DNA of 64,000 nt. Source: Eledone cirrhosa. Lineage: Eukaryota. The DNA lies in NCBI GenBank assembly GCA_964016885.1, contig OZ024752.1, positions 23,436,001 through 23,500,000 of the forward strand, given 5' to 3'. The position numbers were made by a program, and so were the translations under genes. The stretch's first letter is position 1, and the number at the start of each line of letters is the position of its first letter. Under the pieces are notes generated by a model. The model had not been told where the DNA came from and made no database searches. It saw only the letters and a program-made list of their open reading frames with translations. Shown here one piece after another: positions 47,951 through 60,800 of the stretch.

Positions 47951-48199
47951 CACAGAAAAAAGAGAATCAGTGTTGCGACGATATATATATATATTGAGGT
48001 ATAAACTCAAAATAGTCTCTTACAATTAAATACCTCAAGGAAAGAGATTTTTCCGAGCCGTAAATTATAATTGAATATAAATGAGAAATAAACACAGATA
48101 TAGGTGTTCAAATCGTGAGGGACCATTCATCTCATAAGGACTTTCCTGTCTCTGGGAATAACATTTTTGTGTCCGTTGGCCTTATTCTCCGGGACAGAC

Positions 48200-48670
48200 T
48201 TATGGCATATAGTTTGTATTGTCATTAAATGTTGAAAATGTGTGTTGGTGTCTTGTGTGGTGATGCTGTCCCTCCAGTTTCGCTTCAGGATCTCTTCCTT
48301 GATCTTTTTTCCAGTTAGCCTTGTGAAAGTTTAGACTGGATAAATTCCCGGTGTTTCTTAATGGTTGTTCCTCTGTTGACTCTCTCAGACCATATATCAT
48401 TAGTTCTACTAAGTTACTATCCGAGATAATCGTTGATGTCATTCCAAGGAGGAGGTCACCCTCAGGCCATTTGACTTTTGGTAGGTTAAAGTATCCCAGC
48501 AGCAGAATGTTGAGACTCCGGTCCAATATGTCAAGGACTTCTTCCATTCTTCTGAGGCTATCTTCAAACTTACCTTCATGACTAGAGGCGTCTGGTGGTC
48601 GATATGTACTATCAGTGTGTCAGAGACTGAGTTTGAATGTGTCAACAGTAAAATGGGTGTGACATCTTCA
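48200..48670 (-). pseudogene. APE endonuclease fragment of a CR1/L2-like LINE
   Basis: Minus strand gives YRPPDAS then NILLLG(Y)FNLPKVKWP and LNFHKANW. Confidence 0.6.
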
Positions 48671-48816
48671 CGAATATATATATGTATATATGTGTGTGAG
48701 TGTGTGTGTGCGCGTGTGTGTATGTACGTACGTGTGTGTGTTTGTGGGTGCGTGTATGTGTGTGTGTGTGCGTGTTTTTATATGTATGTACGTGTGTTTG
48801 TGGTTTGTGTGTGTGC

Positions 48817-48900
<84 letters not shown>

Positions 48901-49833
48901 ATTAACCAGTTCTGTTATATATTTTATTGCTAGTTTTCACAGTATACGGGACAAGATATAATAAAATGTTCCTGAAGGCACCTCGTCTCAGTTTTTTAGT
49001 TTGTTTTAGCTACCAGGACTACGGTCATACTGGAGCTAGATCTTCAAATCTGAATAGTCTCTATCGTATAATGTCGTCACAGTGTTTGCTCAGTGATCCA
49101 ACTTCTATGGGTGTTTTTGTTTTTCTTTTTCCTGAATAATTAGCATCGTTAATTAATGGATAAACGAATTAACGAAGCTGCTTTGCTTTGATTGTCTCTT
49201 TTTGCATGTACATATGTATGGTACAGTAACTCCTGGTAGAGTGGTTGGGGTGCCGTATTGACATACGCCGTTTCTTGGGCATTTTTAAGCCAGGCGGAGC
49301 CCATCCCTCACCAGGTCTGGTGACAAATTCAGGATGTCAGAATGAGATATATCTAGGTAGCTATTACAAGTCTCCGAGGAAACATTGGTTAAGCACCATA
49401 AATATTTTTAGGGTAACTTATATAACACCGTGCAACAAAACAGATTTTTTTCTCTGTTCCTGGCCTGTAATCACTTTTTTGTGTTGCTTAGGTCCCAAAT
49501 AAATAAAAAAAAAGTGCTATTAAACAGTTAAAGTTTGTGTTTGTAAAAAAGCTATTCACTAGAATTATTTGTATGCTGGATTTTACGTTGTATGTAAGTT
49601 TAATTTGCTTATGTTAAATGATTTTTTTTATATATGTTTCAGGTTAAATTAAAATTATAAAATAAAGAGTAATACCTAAAGAAAATTATAAAAGTGCAAT
49701 AAAGTATAAAATTGTTAAAAAGTGGATTAAAGAGATTTATTGATACTGGATTTTCGCACCCTGAATAAAGGGTAAGTTGTGTTTTAAGCACGAATTGTCA
49801 TTAGTATGATTAGTGTTCTTTTATATTATTTGT

Positions 49834-50014
49834 GGATTGGCAGTATCGGTAGAGAGTGGGACACCATGCTTTGAAGCATAGAGTTACGTCCCTTTATGAT
49901 CTGAGTTCAAATCCCGCCGAGGTTAACTTTGCCTTTCATCCTTACGGGGTCGATAAAATAAAGTACCAGTAATACACTGGGTAATTGCTGGCCTTGTGCC
50001 AAAAACTAGAAACA
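49834..50014 (+). mobile_element. tRNA-derived SINE, full-length (~180 bp)
   Basis: A-box-like TGGCAGTATCGG, B-box GAGTTCAAATCC, conserved body, tail TGGCCTTGTGCCAAAAACTAGAAACA then attatt. Confidence 0.9.
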
Positions 50015-50080
50015 ATTATTTAAATATGTATTTCCCTTTCCAATATTTATTTTGTATTGCATATCAAATTTATTTTCCAA

Positions 50081-51321
50081 GACAAGTATTCTGATGAAGA
50101 GGAGGAGATGGATGCTGAGGACTTGGATTACCTGCCTGAGGTACCAGAAAAAGTTCCTCACTTCCCAAACCAAAAAGAAGTCAATGACTTAGTCAGGAAT
50201 ATGGGTCAGACCAAGTCCAATGCAGAGCTATTCGTCTCCAGGATGAAGCAGTGGAACTTGGTCAAGGAGGAAGTGCAGGTGACGAGTCAGAGAAGTCGAC
50301 ACGAACCTTTGTCAGGATTTTTCACTCTTAGGGATGGCCTCTGCTTCTGCCATGACGTGCCTGGACTGTTTGACGTGCTTGGGGTGCCGTTTGTGCCCAA
50401 GGAGTGACGGCTATTTATAGACAGCTCTACCACAAGGTTGAAGGCTGTCCTCCTCCACAATGGAAACAAGTTCCAGACACTGCCTCTAGCTCATTCAGTC
50501 TACCTGAAGGAAGATTACTACAGTGTGAAAGTCCTCTTGGAAGCTCTGCAATACAATCAGTACAATTGGGAAATCATTGGAGACTTCAAGATGGTGGCTT
50601 TCCTGCTTGGACTCCAAGGAGGCTTTATCAAATTTCAATGCTTCCTCTGCCTTTGGGACAGCAGAGCCACCTCTGACGACTACAAAAGAAAGAACTGGGA
50701 GCAGCGAACAGAATTTGTAGTTGGGACCCGGAACGTCATGTGGGAGCCACTGGTTGATCCCAGGATTGTGCTCATGCCACCACTGCACATTAAGTTAGGG
50801 TTGATGAAGCAGTTTGTGAAGCTCTCAACCAAAAATCAGCCGCTTTTAAGTACTTTCTTGAGTTCTTCCCCAAGTTATCTGAGGCCAAAATCAAAGGTGG
50901 AATTTTTGTTGGACCTCAGATATAGAAGGTGTTTGAGTCTACCGAGTTCTCCAATAAGCTCAATAGGATTGAGAAAACAGCATGGAACTGTTTCAAGGCA
51001 GTTGTTAAGGACTTCCTGAGCAACTACAAAGCTGAAAACTACCAGCAACTGGTGCAGGATCTGATAAAGGCTTTTGGCGCCATGGGATGCAGGATGTCGC
51101 TTAAACTCCATATGCTGGACGCTCACCTGGAAAATTTCAAGGACAATATGGGCGCCTACTCAGAAGAACAAGGCGAACGATTCCACCAAGATGTGAAAGA
51201 GTTAGAGCGGAGGTACCAGGGCCACTACAATGAAAAAATGATGGAGGACTATATCTGGGGACTAGTGCGGGAATGCGACCTGGACTACAACCGCAAATCC
51301 AGGAAATCCAGTTATTTCTGA
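50081..51321 (+). pseudogene. DDE transposase remnant
   Basis: FIDSS..LKAVLLHNGN, GDFKMV..LLGLQGG, CFLCLWDSR, PPLHIKLGLMKQFVK, MSLKLH, SEEQGERFHQD. Stop at 50405 and frameshift near 50820. Confidence 0.8.
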
Positions 51322-51535
51322 CGTGTATAAGTTGCTTTATAAGTGTTATTTGTTTTTACTTGTTTGCTTTTGATAAGCATGTGTAATAAAATAAATATAT
51401 ACTCTGTTGATTTAATTATATGAACTGATGAACTTTAAAAAAATGTGTTGTTTCTTGAAAAATATGAACATTTCGAAATATCAAACTCCTGACCACAAAC
51501 CCAAACTTCTGATTAAATAATAGTGTTTTTTAAAA

Positions 51536-51668
51536 TAATTGTTTCTACTTTAGGCACAAGGCCAGCAATAACCCAGTACATTACTGGTACTTCATTTTAT
51601 CGACCCCGTAAGGATGAAAGGCAAAGTCAACCTCAGCGGGATTTGAACTCAGACTGTAAAGGGACGTT
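51536..51668 (-). mobile_element. SINE, 5'-truncated
   Basis: Reverse complement of the SINE from the B-box region to the tail. Confidence 0.88.
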
Positions 51669-51925
51669 GGGATATAACAAACGATGAAATGACACTTAGA
51701 ACCGGGGAACAAAAAATATGTTACACGGTGTAATCATTGACCCTGAAATTCCAAAATGTATAGGATGACAGATTACAAGCTTCCTTTTATGTTAACTTGA
51801 TATCATAGCGTGATTCGAGAAGATTCGTTGCGCTTCTGTGTGGTATTTGATTTCATTCATGCTGCATTCCGTTTAGGAGAATACATAGAGTGTGTCACTA
51901 TAGAATTACATTAGAACAGACTACA

Positions 51926-51988
<63 letters not shown>

Positions 51989-52082
51989 GCACACACACAC
52001 ACACGAGCTGGTCGCCCAAGAAACAGTTGTAATATGTCCAATAAATGCCTTTCGTCGCAAAACTGATTCTCTTTTTTCTGTG

Positions 52083-52114
<32 letters not shown>

Positions 52115-52730
52115 TGCCCCCTCGTTATCGAGTATGGCCATTGCACGATATACCATTATTAATAATTATTAATTAATTCTATCGTGCAATGCCTGTGCGT
52201 GAAGATATTTTTTTAAGTGAGGAAAGACTGTGCACTGAGCCAATCCCACTCTCTGAGCGACAGTAGAGATAACTCGAAAAGAAGAAAAGATCAACATCAT
52301 TGGTAACTACTGAGACGCAGGTTTTATATCGGAGTTATCCCAGTTTCCTGAGTTGCCTTCTCCTGGAATAATGCCCTGACAAAGGCTAGGGGACATTCAC
52401 TCCCAATAGTTTAACAGCACGATCGGGTGTCCAGCCCGACTATTTCGATGTCCCCGCGCATATACATACACATGCACCCATGTATATACACATATACATA
52501 TACATACATATGTACATGTGTATATACATATTTACACACTATCGGATGGCCGTTGACTCTTATGAGTTCTTCCGCTCTTTATCAGGTTTTGCTTTTTGTC
52601 CTACAGGGTGTTCAAAATCACTCACCTCACCAAGAAAACTTGATGGGGTTGCCGGTTTAGTCGCCGACAACCGGACCATGCGACAGGTTGTACTGGGTGA
52701 CATGTTACCATTAACACTCAAGAGTGACCC

Positions 52731-52802
<72 letters not shown>

Positions 52803-52933
52803 CACACACTCTTATACACAACCTCATATATATATATATATTGTTTTTTTCCGTTGCTTTGGTTTCATGTGGTTGGGCTCACCTGTCGCAGTTTTCAATT
52901 TGTCAAGCTATCTAACGTATGTTATTACTCTAT

Positions 52934-53111
52934 GGATTGGCAGTATCGGTAGAGGGTCGGACGCTATGCTTTCCAGCATAGTTACGTCCCTTTATGATCT
53001 GAGTTCAAATCCCGCCGAGGTTGACTTTGCCTTTCATCCTCACGGGGTCGATAAAATAAAGTACCAGTAATGCACTGGGTAATTGCTGGCCTTGTGCCTA
53101 AAGTAGAAACA
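52934..53111 (+). mobile_element. tRNA-derived SINE, full-length, with 12-bp target-site duplication
   Basis: gttattactcta at 52921-52932 and 53112-53123 brackets the element. Confidence 0.92.
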
Positions 53112-54282
53112 GTTATTACTCTAAGGTGACACAACCTTATCGAGTGCTTTGCTGCACATTCCTAATTGTATATCGTTAGCTTGGCCACAGCCAAAGCTTC
53201 GATTTTACTAAACTTCCATTTGTATATATATATATGATTATGACATTCGAACAGATACAAAAGTGTGCAGATTAGTAACGATTCGAACGCTCCTGCAATC
53301 ATCGGGAACTTGGAGTACATACTGACGAATTAGTAGCGTAATTAGGAAGTAGGATAGAATGCTTTGGAATATTCCTCGAATCTTGCATTCGGAAACGTAG
53401 TAAAGTGTGTTCACCTCAACTATATATGCATACATACATACATACATGGTGGCTGCCAACTCGTTTTCGAGTACGGCCACTACTTTATATCCATGTAGGA
53501 GAACCCCTATCGATGCGCTGAACGAGTGTGACTTTTTAGTCCAGCCAGCGAATTGAAAACTCTGGTACAAACACTACACTTGCGACAATTATTGACACAT
53601 AGTGCTGGGCCCATGGTATCATGTGACGACAAGTGCAGAGAGATCTCCAGATATAAAGCAATGCCTGTGCCGTGAAGCTTTTATAGTGAGCAAAGGCACT
53701 GCACAAAGCCAGTCCCACTCTCTTAACCAAGATGATATTTACCAAAAAGAAGAACAAGTCAACATCACTGGATACCATCAGGGTTGCAGGTGTTATATCA
53801 GAGTTTTCCTTCTCCTAGAATTCTGCCTTGACAAAGGCTAAGGGGTCATCTCTCCCGGTGATTTTGGATGGCCATTGACTCTTAAGAGCTCCTTTGCCCT
53901 TTGACAGGTTTTGTTTTAGTCCTGCAGGATGTCCAAAGTCACCTTCCTCACCAAGAAACCTTGGTGGGGTTGCCAGTTTTGTCGCCAACGACCCGACCAT
54001 GAGACAGGTTGTACTGGGATACATGTTACCAGTAGCACCAATTTTTTTTATTCATTACCAACCAGTTACGTACATATTTCTGTTGTACACCCTCCCATAC
54101 ATACATACATACATACATACATACATACATACATACATACATACATACATACATACATACATGATGGCTGCCCCCTCGTTATCGAGTATGGCCATTGCAC
54201 GAGAAAAAAAAAAATAAAAAAAAAATAATAATAATAATAAAAAAAAACAAAAAAAAACAGAAATATATATGTATATATATAT

Positions 54283-54355
<73 letters not shown>

Positions 54356-54539
54356 TTAATAACAATAATAATAATAATAATAATAATAACAACAATAATA
54401 ATAACAACAACAATAATAATATACATATACATATATATATATACACACACACGCACACACAAGCATATCTACACACACACACACACGATAGCAACTAACA
54501 GCGCTGCGATCGAATGTGGCTTTTTAGCCCAGCCAATGA

Positions 54540-55168
54540 TCTAAAATGTCTTGCACAGAGTCGGCAACCAAAACATTCACTAAGAATAGTCGGCTGTGGT
54601 TGGAGTTCGTGAACTTTTGCATGTCACTTGAGCCCTCCTGCTGATTTACATTCTCTACCACATGTTTGGCAAGCATGATGAGTAGCATCTCCAACAGCAG
54701 CCTGGTAGTCAACCACTGGTCTTACTTTATGACTGCGAAGATGACTTTCGAGTCCAGCTTTGCTTAGGCAGAGTCTCGCACATACGCTGCATGTCAGCAC
54801 CATAGGAGGACCCTCGCCGTCTGGAAGTGCAACAGCAATGCCCTTCCTCACATCCCGCTTTACTTTCTCGTATGCGATTCGAGATGCCTCAAAGGCAACT
54901 TTTCCCCCATATACAGTCTTTCTCCATTTATTACGATCAGCAGCAATATTCTCCCATGTATCAGCAGAGGTGTTAGCGTCTTTCAGAGAGGCTTTCAAGG
55001 AATCCTTATACCTCTTTTTTGGTTTATGTGGCGGTCGTTTTCCTTTAACCAACTCTCCATAAAAGAGTTGTTTTGGTATTCTAGAATCCTTCATCCTGGC
55101 AAGGTGACCACTCCAACGGAGTCGTTGCTTAAGCACAAGAGCTTCTATACTGTCACACATAGAGCTTT
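54540..55168 (-). pseudogene. RTE-clade (BovB-like) LINE 3' fragment
   Basis: LRWSGHLARMKDSRIPKQLFYGEL..G.P.KRYKD and C2H2-like CSVCARLCLSKAGLESHLRSH. Confidence 0.8.
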
Positions 55169-56102
55169 CATACACACATACATGCATTCATACATACATA
55201 CATACATACATACATACGTACGTACGTACGTATGTATGTATGTATGAATGCATGTATGCATGTATGTATGTATGTATGTATGTATGTATGTATGTATGTA
55301 TGTATGTATGTATGTATGTATCTATGGGAGGGTGTACAACAGAAATATGTACGTAACTGGTTGGTAATGAATAACAAAAATTCCCGTTAAACTTAATATA
55401 TACACTCTGTTTTAGCATTGAGTGCTAATATCGGTACCACTTTCAGTAACACACGCACACGGACACACGCACACACATACACACACACACGTATATATAT
55501 ATTTACGTGTGTGTGTATGTGCATGTGTGCGTGTATTTATATTTATATATATGGAGAGATAGATAGAGAGAGAAAGGCAGAGAGAGAAAGGGAGAGAAAG
55601 AGAAAGGAAAAGAGAGAGAGAGAGGGGGAATGGGAGATGGAGAGCATAAAGAGAAAAAGCGGGTGCCTAAAAAACAAAGAAAAGAGAAAAAGATCCCAAG
55701 TGGGGACTTCTGTCATTATCCAACTCCCATTACACCTCTATAACACCCCATCTACTCACCTAGCCTTCCTCAGCTATCTTTAATTAGCAATTAATTTCAT
55801 CCTAGTAATCAAATCAACGAGATTGCTATGATTGCTAATAAGCACCCCCAACTAAGGTTGCTTGGTACATTAATGTTGTATATCAGCCATGATCCCACCT
55901 GTCCTGAATAAATCTATTTTTAGTTGACGTGTTAAGCCCTTATTTCTTGTTTTGTTTTGTTTTTGGTTTTCTTTTTTCTGTTTGCAAATACATTCACCTT
56001 TGTTGCAATTGTAGGAGGATAAGGTCTTTTACTCATTCTCCCGCCTCCCATTGTACCATCTCCTCTCCCAACAGATCAGATGAATAATGTCATTGATTTA
56101 GT

Positions 56103-56191
<89 letters not shown>

Positions 56192-56231
56192 CAGTAGTAG
56201 CTTACACACTGTTAAATTTGTTGGTCAATTG

Positions 56232-56590
56232 AATCTTGGGTAATGACCGAAAGAATTCGATCGCGAATACAAGCGGCCGAAATGGGGTTCCTCCGCAGGG
56301 TCTTTGGAGTCACGTTACTCGATAGAGTACGTAGGTCAGAGATCAGAGAGCCACTCCATGTAGAGCCGCTACTTCTCCGAATTGAGACGTCACAGCTCCA
56401 ATACTTTAGACATGTGGTCAGAATGTCTCAGGAAAGAATCTCTGAACAGATTTTACAGGCAAAACCAACAGGTAGGAGACCCAGAGGTAGACCCTGAGCA
56501 ACATTCATGAACTTAGTTGGTCTCGTTTGGGGATCCAGCTTGATTATTTGGAGATGGTTGCTTCCGACATGACCTGCTGGAAGGAGTGTT
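56232..56590 (+). pseudogene. RTE-clade LINE 3' fragment (second family)
   Basis: ESWVMT..RIQAAEMGFLRRV.GVTLLDRVR..HVVRM..GRRPRGRP. Confidence 0.75.
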
Positions 56591-57764
56591 TTGTTGATCC
56601 AGCTTCAGTGAATCCACTATATCAACCAGTTTTGTCACGATCCACGACACCAAGACTTACGAGTACAGGGCATTGAACAGGCTAAGTTTAGAAAGCTAAC
56701 AACAAATACGTTAATAGCCATGCTAAAGTGTTGCCTTCTACGCGTATTTAGTTAATTGTATTTTTTTTTCTTTTGGTTTTAGTTATAACTAGTCAGACGA
56801 CACGACATATGTTAACGTTACCGTTGCACAATGATTAAACAAAATGGAAACCTATGTGTAGGTACAGAATCTAGAATGCTTCGTGTACAAAAGGTTGCAC
56901 TGTTGAATGACGCGGTTTAATGACAAACATAGAAACTACGGTAAAATCGGTCTAATTTTGTCAACATGTGTACTCAAACGTACCTCCATAGTGTAGTTAG
57001 GAGTAATTACGAAATATTATATGTCAACTACAATTTAATACACATTTTTGTATCACAATGCATAATTGCATTCTAGATAATCAGCAGTTGATTAACTGGT
57101 TATCGGTAATCAGCCAGTTTGTTTATAGGTGTGTAGCGGATAAGATGTTACTCTTTGATGGGTGTTTGATGAAAAGAATAATGCCATGATTGTGATGTTA
57201 ACAACGTTTATTTTATAACAACAATATTCACTTTGAACATCGAGTAATAATATTTATGACATGAATTATCCCTACATTAATTTACTGGATAGCTACTTCG
57301 AACTAGCGTGCATGCATGTATCAATTCGACGTTACAATATCACAGTGAGACGGAAGAATAGAATGAGCGTAGAATGTAAACAATATGAACTTACTATGTG
57401 TGTGTGTGTATTCTTAGAATACATTATTCGTCTCAAGCACTGCTGCTTCATGTCTGGCTGTCTGGCTGTGTCTGTGGCCGATAAGGTGAGAACCAGTAAG
57501 GGCCAGTAGAGAGAAGGGTAAAAGGTCTGCTGATGCCTACATGATTATCTCTCACTGACTGCTGCTTCGGGTCTGTCCTGGGTTTCCTAAGTCATTGTAT
57601 TTATATTAACATTATAGCTAGAAAGATGTGTATATGAGTTGATTTATGGGCTGCCATGTAAATATCGTCTCCCAGGAAGCTGGGATCACAGGTCAATAAG
57701 TATGTACCTTTATCATCGTTGTCTTGATGGTCCCAGAGGCGTATTCCGTTATAGGTGCATCCCT

Positions 57765-57812
<48 letters not shown>

Positions 57813-57816
<4 letters not shown>

Positions 57817-60800
57817 ATAATGAAGACATAAAGCAACATCAATAACAAGAGCAACAATGAAAATAACAGCGATAAGGTCGAGAAAGACAATCACAATGAC
57901 AATAACAACAGCTACAACAACAGTAACAGCAGCAACAGTATCAACGAAAGCAGCAGTAGTGGCGGAAAGAAAAAAGGGGCCACTTCTTTTGCAGGTGTGG
58001 TTCGAAATATAGAAACAGTGCTAGTTACGGAAAAGGAGATGGCAGTCGCAAGGGCCATGGTGACGAGAAATGCCAATCGAGTCTCCCTGAAACATTCACC
58101 CGATTTTTTCAAGGGCCACCAGCTACGGACGGCGACTTACTGCACTGTAAGGACAATATCACATCGGGTGGAGAGAGCCACGGAGGCTCAAATTCAAAAG
58201 TCCTTGGGGTGCGTCTGGGCACGCAAAACCCGAGGCAAAAAGTATACCACAGTAGACGTACTTTTTACACCCCCCCCCCGAGGTAAAGTCTCATGCTTTG
58301 GTAACCCTAAAGAGTGAGGAGAAGTCTTGGTGCCCTCCTACTGTGGACAGAAAATTGTGAGGGTCAAAATAACCCAATCCCGCCCGACGTGCCTATACCT
58401 TGGCTGGCCGCGTCTGCCCTTGCTGGAATCGAGGATATGATGACCATGCTGCAAGTACAGAGAATAGGGAGGGAGAACTGCTCAGGTATAGGCATGCAAA
58501 TGCTAATACAAACTGACCAGGAGTGTATCGAGGCTATCCCGGAGATCATAGACCTCGAGGAAGGAGTCCAACTCCCTATAAGCGTGGAAGGAAGGCGCCC
58601 AAAGTGTTATCTCTGTGGGTCAAAGGGTCACCTCAGGGCCTTTTGCCCGCAGAAGACAGCGAAGAAGCCCACTCCTCCTTCCGACGCCTGGTCCGCTGCT
58701 ACCAAGAGCAGGGCAGGCAACAAAGGCAACAGACCCTTCCACAGAGAGCAACGTCCGTGACACACATACCAAGGCCACGGACAACTAAAACAGCGAAAGC
58801 AGTGGCGGCAACACCAGTAGCTACATTTGCAGTAGCTGCACCAGTAACAAAATCACCGGGGAGGGCTATACTACCACCACCAACAGCCGTGGAGCTCATA
58901 CTCTTCCCAGACGCCACGGAATCCGACATGGAGTATGAGGCGGAAGTGAAGTGGCAAAACGGTCTGCCACAAAAAACAAAAAGAAAGAACCCCATAGCTT
59001 CGCCCTCCAAAGGCGAGGGAAAACAAAAGGGTAAAGGTTGCAAGGCGACTCGCAGCAACGCCACCACCATCACCACCAACAACAACCATACCACCACCAG
59101 CATCACCACAAACACCAACATCTCAAATACAACAAGACAAACATACCCAACAGCAGCAACAAGAAAACAACAACAAAACCAACCTCTACAAAAAACATTA
59201 CACAGCCATAAACATGGCAAATAAAGAACTCTTAGAACATATAAAGCAGCACACAGACATTACAGACAAAAATGACTACACCCCACCAATACCAAGAACA
59301 TTCCCGAAAAATATAAACATTATTGAAATTAAAATAGAATATTATAAACGTTTAAAAGAAAAATTCCCCAACGCAGTTGGAGACTTCAGAGTGTCAGTTA
59401 CCAAAAGGATATACACCAACATTATCTTGGAGACACTCATGACCAGCCAAAGGGACGGTTCGAGTGTCCCTTTCCCACACGATCAGGGTAGGTGATCCTT
59501 TCTCACTTACTCCATTCCTCACCCAACATGGCCTTACTTAGAATAGGCAGTATAAACGTACGTGGCCTGGGTCATCTTGTAAGCAGGGTCACCTGCTTAA
59601 TGATCTCAGGTCACTAAACATAGATGTGGTGGCCATCAGCGAGACCAGAATTTCCGAAGCACGAGCCTTCGCACCAATCTTCAGCGGCTACGATGTATAT
59701 GCATCTCCCAGCCATCCGGGAGCGGGGAGGGGGGCGGAGTGGCTGTGCTTTTTTGGAGAGGCCTGGATCTCGCCATACGGGCCATCTTCCTGGACCCATA
59801 AGGTAAGTCGGTGGTGCTGGACGTGATCGGCAACGAAGACAACGCTTTCAGGCTAGTAACCGTCTACGCCTCAACAGGGGCAGGACGGCCAGATTTCTTC
59901 AGACGTCTAAAGACCTTTTCTGGGAACGTCCCGCTCTTTAGTGTTAGTGGGTGACTAGAACGGTATCTTAGATGCACGCTTGGATAATGTAGGGCTAGTA
60001 AATAAGGGAAGTGGATGTAAAAGCCTCACCAACCTGAGCAGACGTTTTCCACTGTCTGACAGGTATCGACTGGATTATCCGAATGTGCCAATGTGGACAT
60101 GGGCAAACCGCATTGGGTCATCTAGATCGTATCTAGAGAGGGTATTGTGTAGGGAAACAGATAAGGCTAGCGTAGGTTGTCCACAATTTAACATAGTCGT
60201 CTACACGGACCACAAATTTGTGGTCTGTGAAGTCGACTTAGATAGCCTTCATAGGCAAGGACCTGGTTACTGGAAGCTGGACGCATCTTTCCCGTCGCGC
60301 AAAGCTTACAGAGACCAGCTAAGCGAATTAGTTAAGCGTGCGTTGACGGGTGCGATTGTCAACAACAGGTGGTGGTTTACCCTGAAAAGGGCAATTAGAG
60401 TAGAATCGATAAGGTTTAGCAAACGAGTAAGGATAGAGGAAAAAAGACGGGAGAGCTAGTTAGAAATCTAGAAGAGGCGTTTAGGACGGGCTTCGGAACC
60501 GACGTGCTTACGGCGAGATTGGCACTCGACCAATTCTTCAATGCAAATCACGAGGCTGCGTTGTCAATGGGCCCGGGTGGTGGAGGCGCGACGTGGCAGC
60601 AAAGCCACAATACAATCTATGCCTGACCAAAACGGGCGCATGTTACTCGAGAAGATGTGTGAGGCTTTTCAGCAGCACTTTGCTCAATTGTTTGGGAGCG
60701 GCGGCGGGCCGGATCGGTGTATGAACTTCAGTGCATACCTCGAAGGACTTCCGCAGCTCTCGACGACCGCAGCGCAGTATTGCGAAAGCCGATAACAGCA

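Larger units (their letters stand above)
49426..51730 (+). mobile_element. Chapaev3-like (CMC group) DNA transposon, defective, carrying two SINE insertions
   Basis: Imperfect TIRs CACCGTGCAACA.. and ..TGTTACACGGTG, TAA duplicated on both sides (49423-49425, 51731-51733), internal transposase remnant. Superfamily assigned from recalled CAC..GTG ends and 3-bp TWA duplication. Confidence 0.75.

Noticed and set aside
49834-49920. tRNA gene
   Set aside because: A and B boxes belong to the SINE head. There is no cloverleaf and it continues into the SINE body.
56600-57760. Apparently non-repetitive stretch that might hold a host exon or enhancer
   Set aside because: No convincing ORF, splice pair or recognisable homology. 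It cannot be supported from sequence alone.
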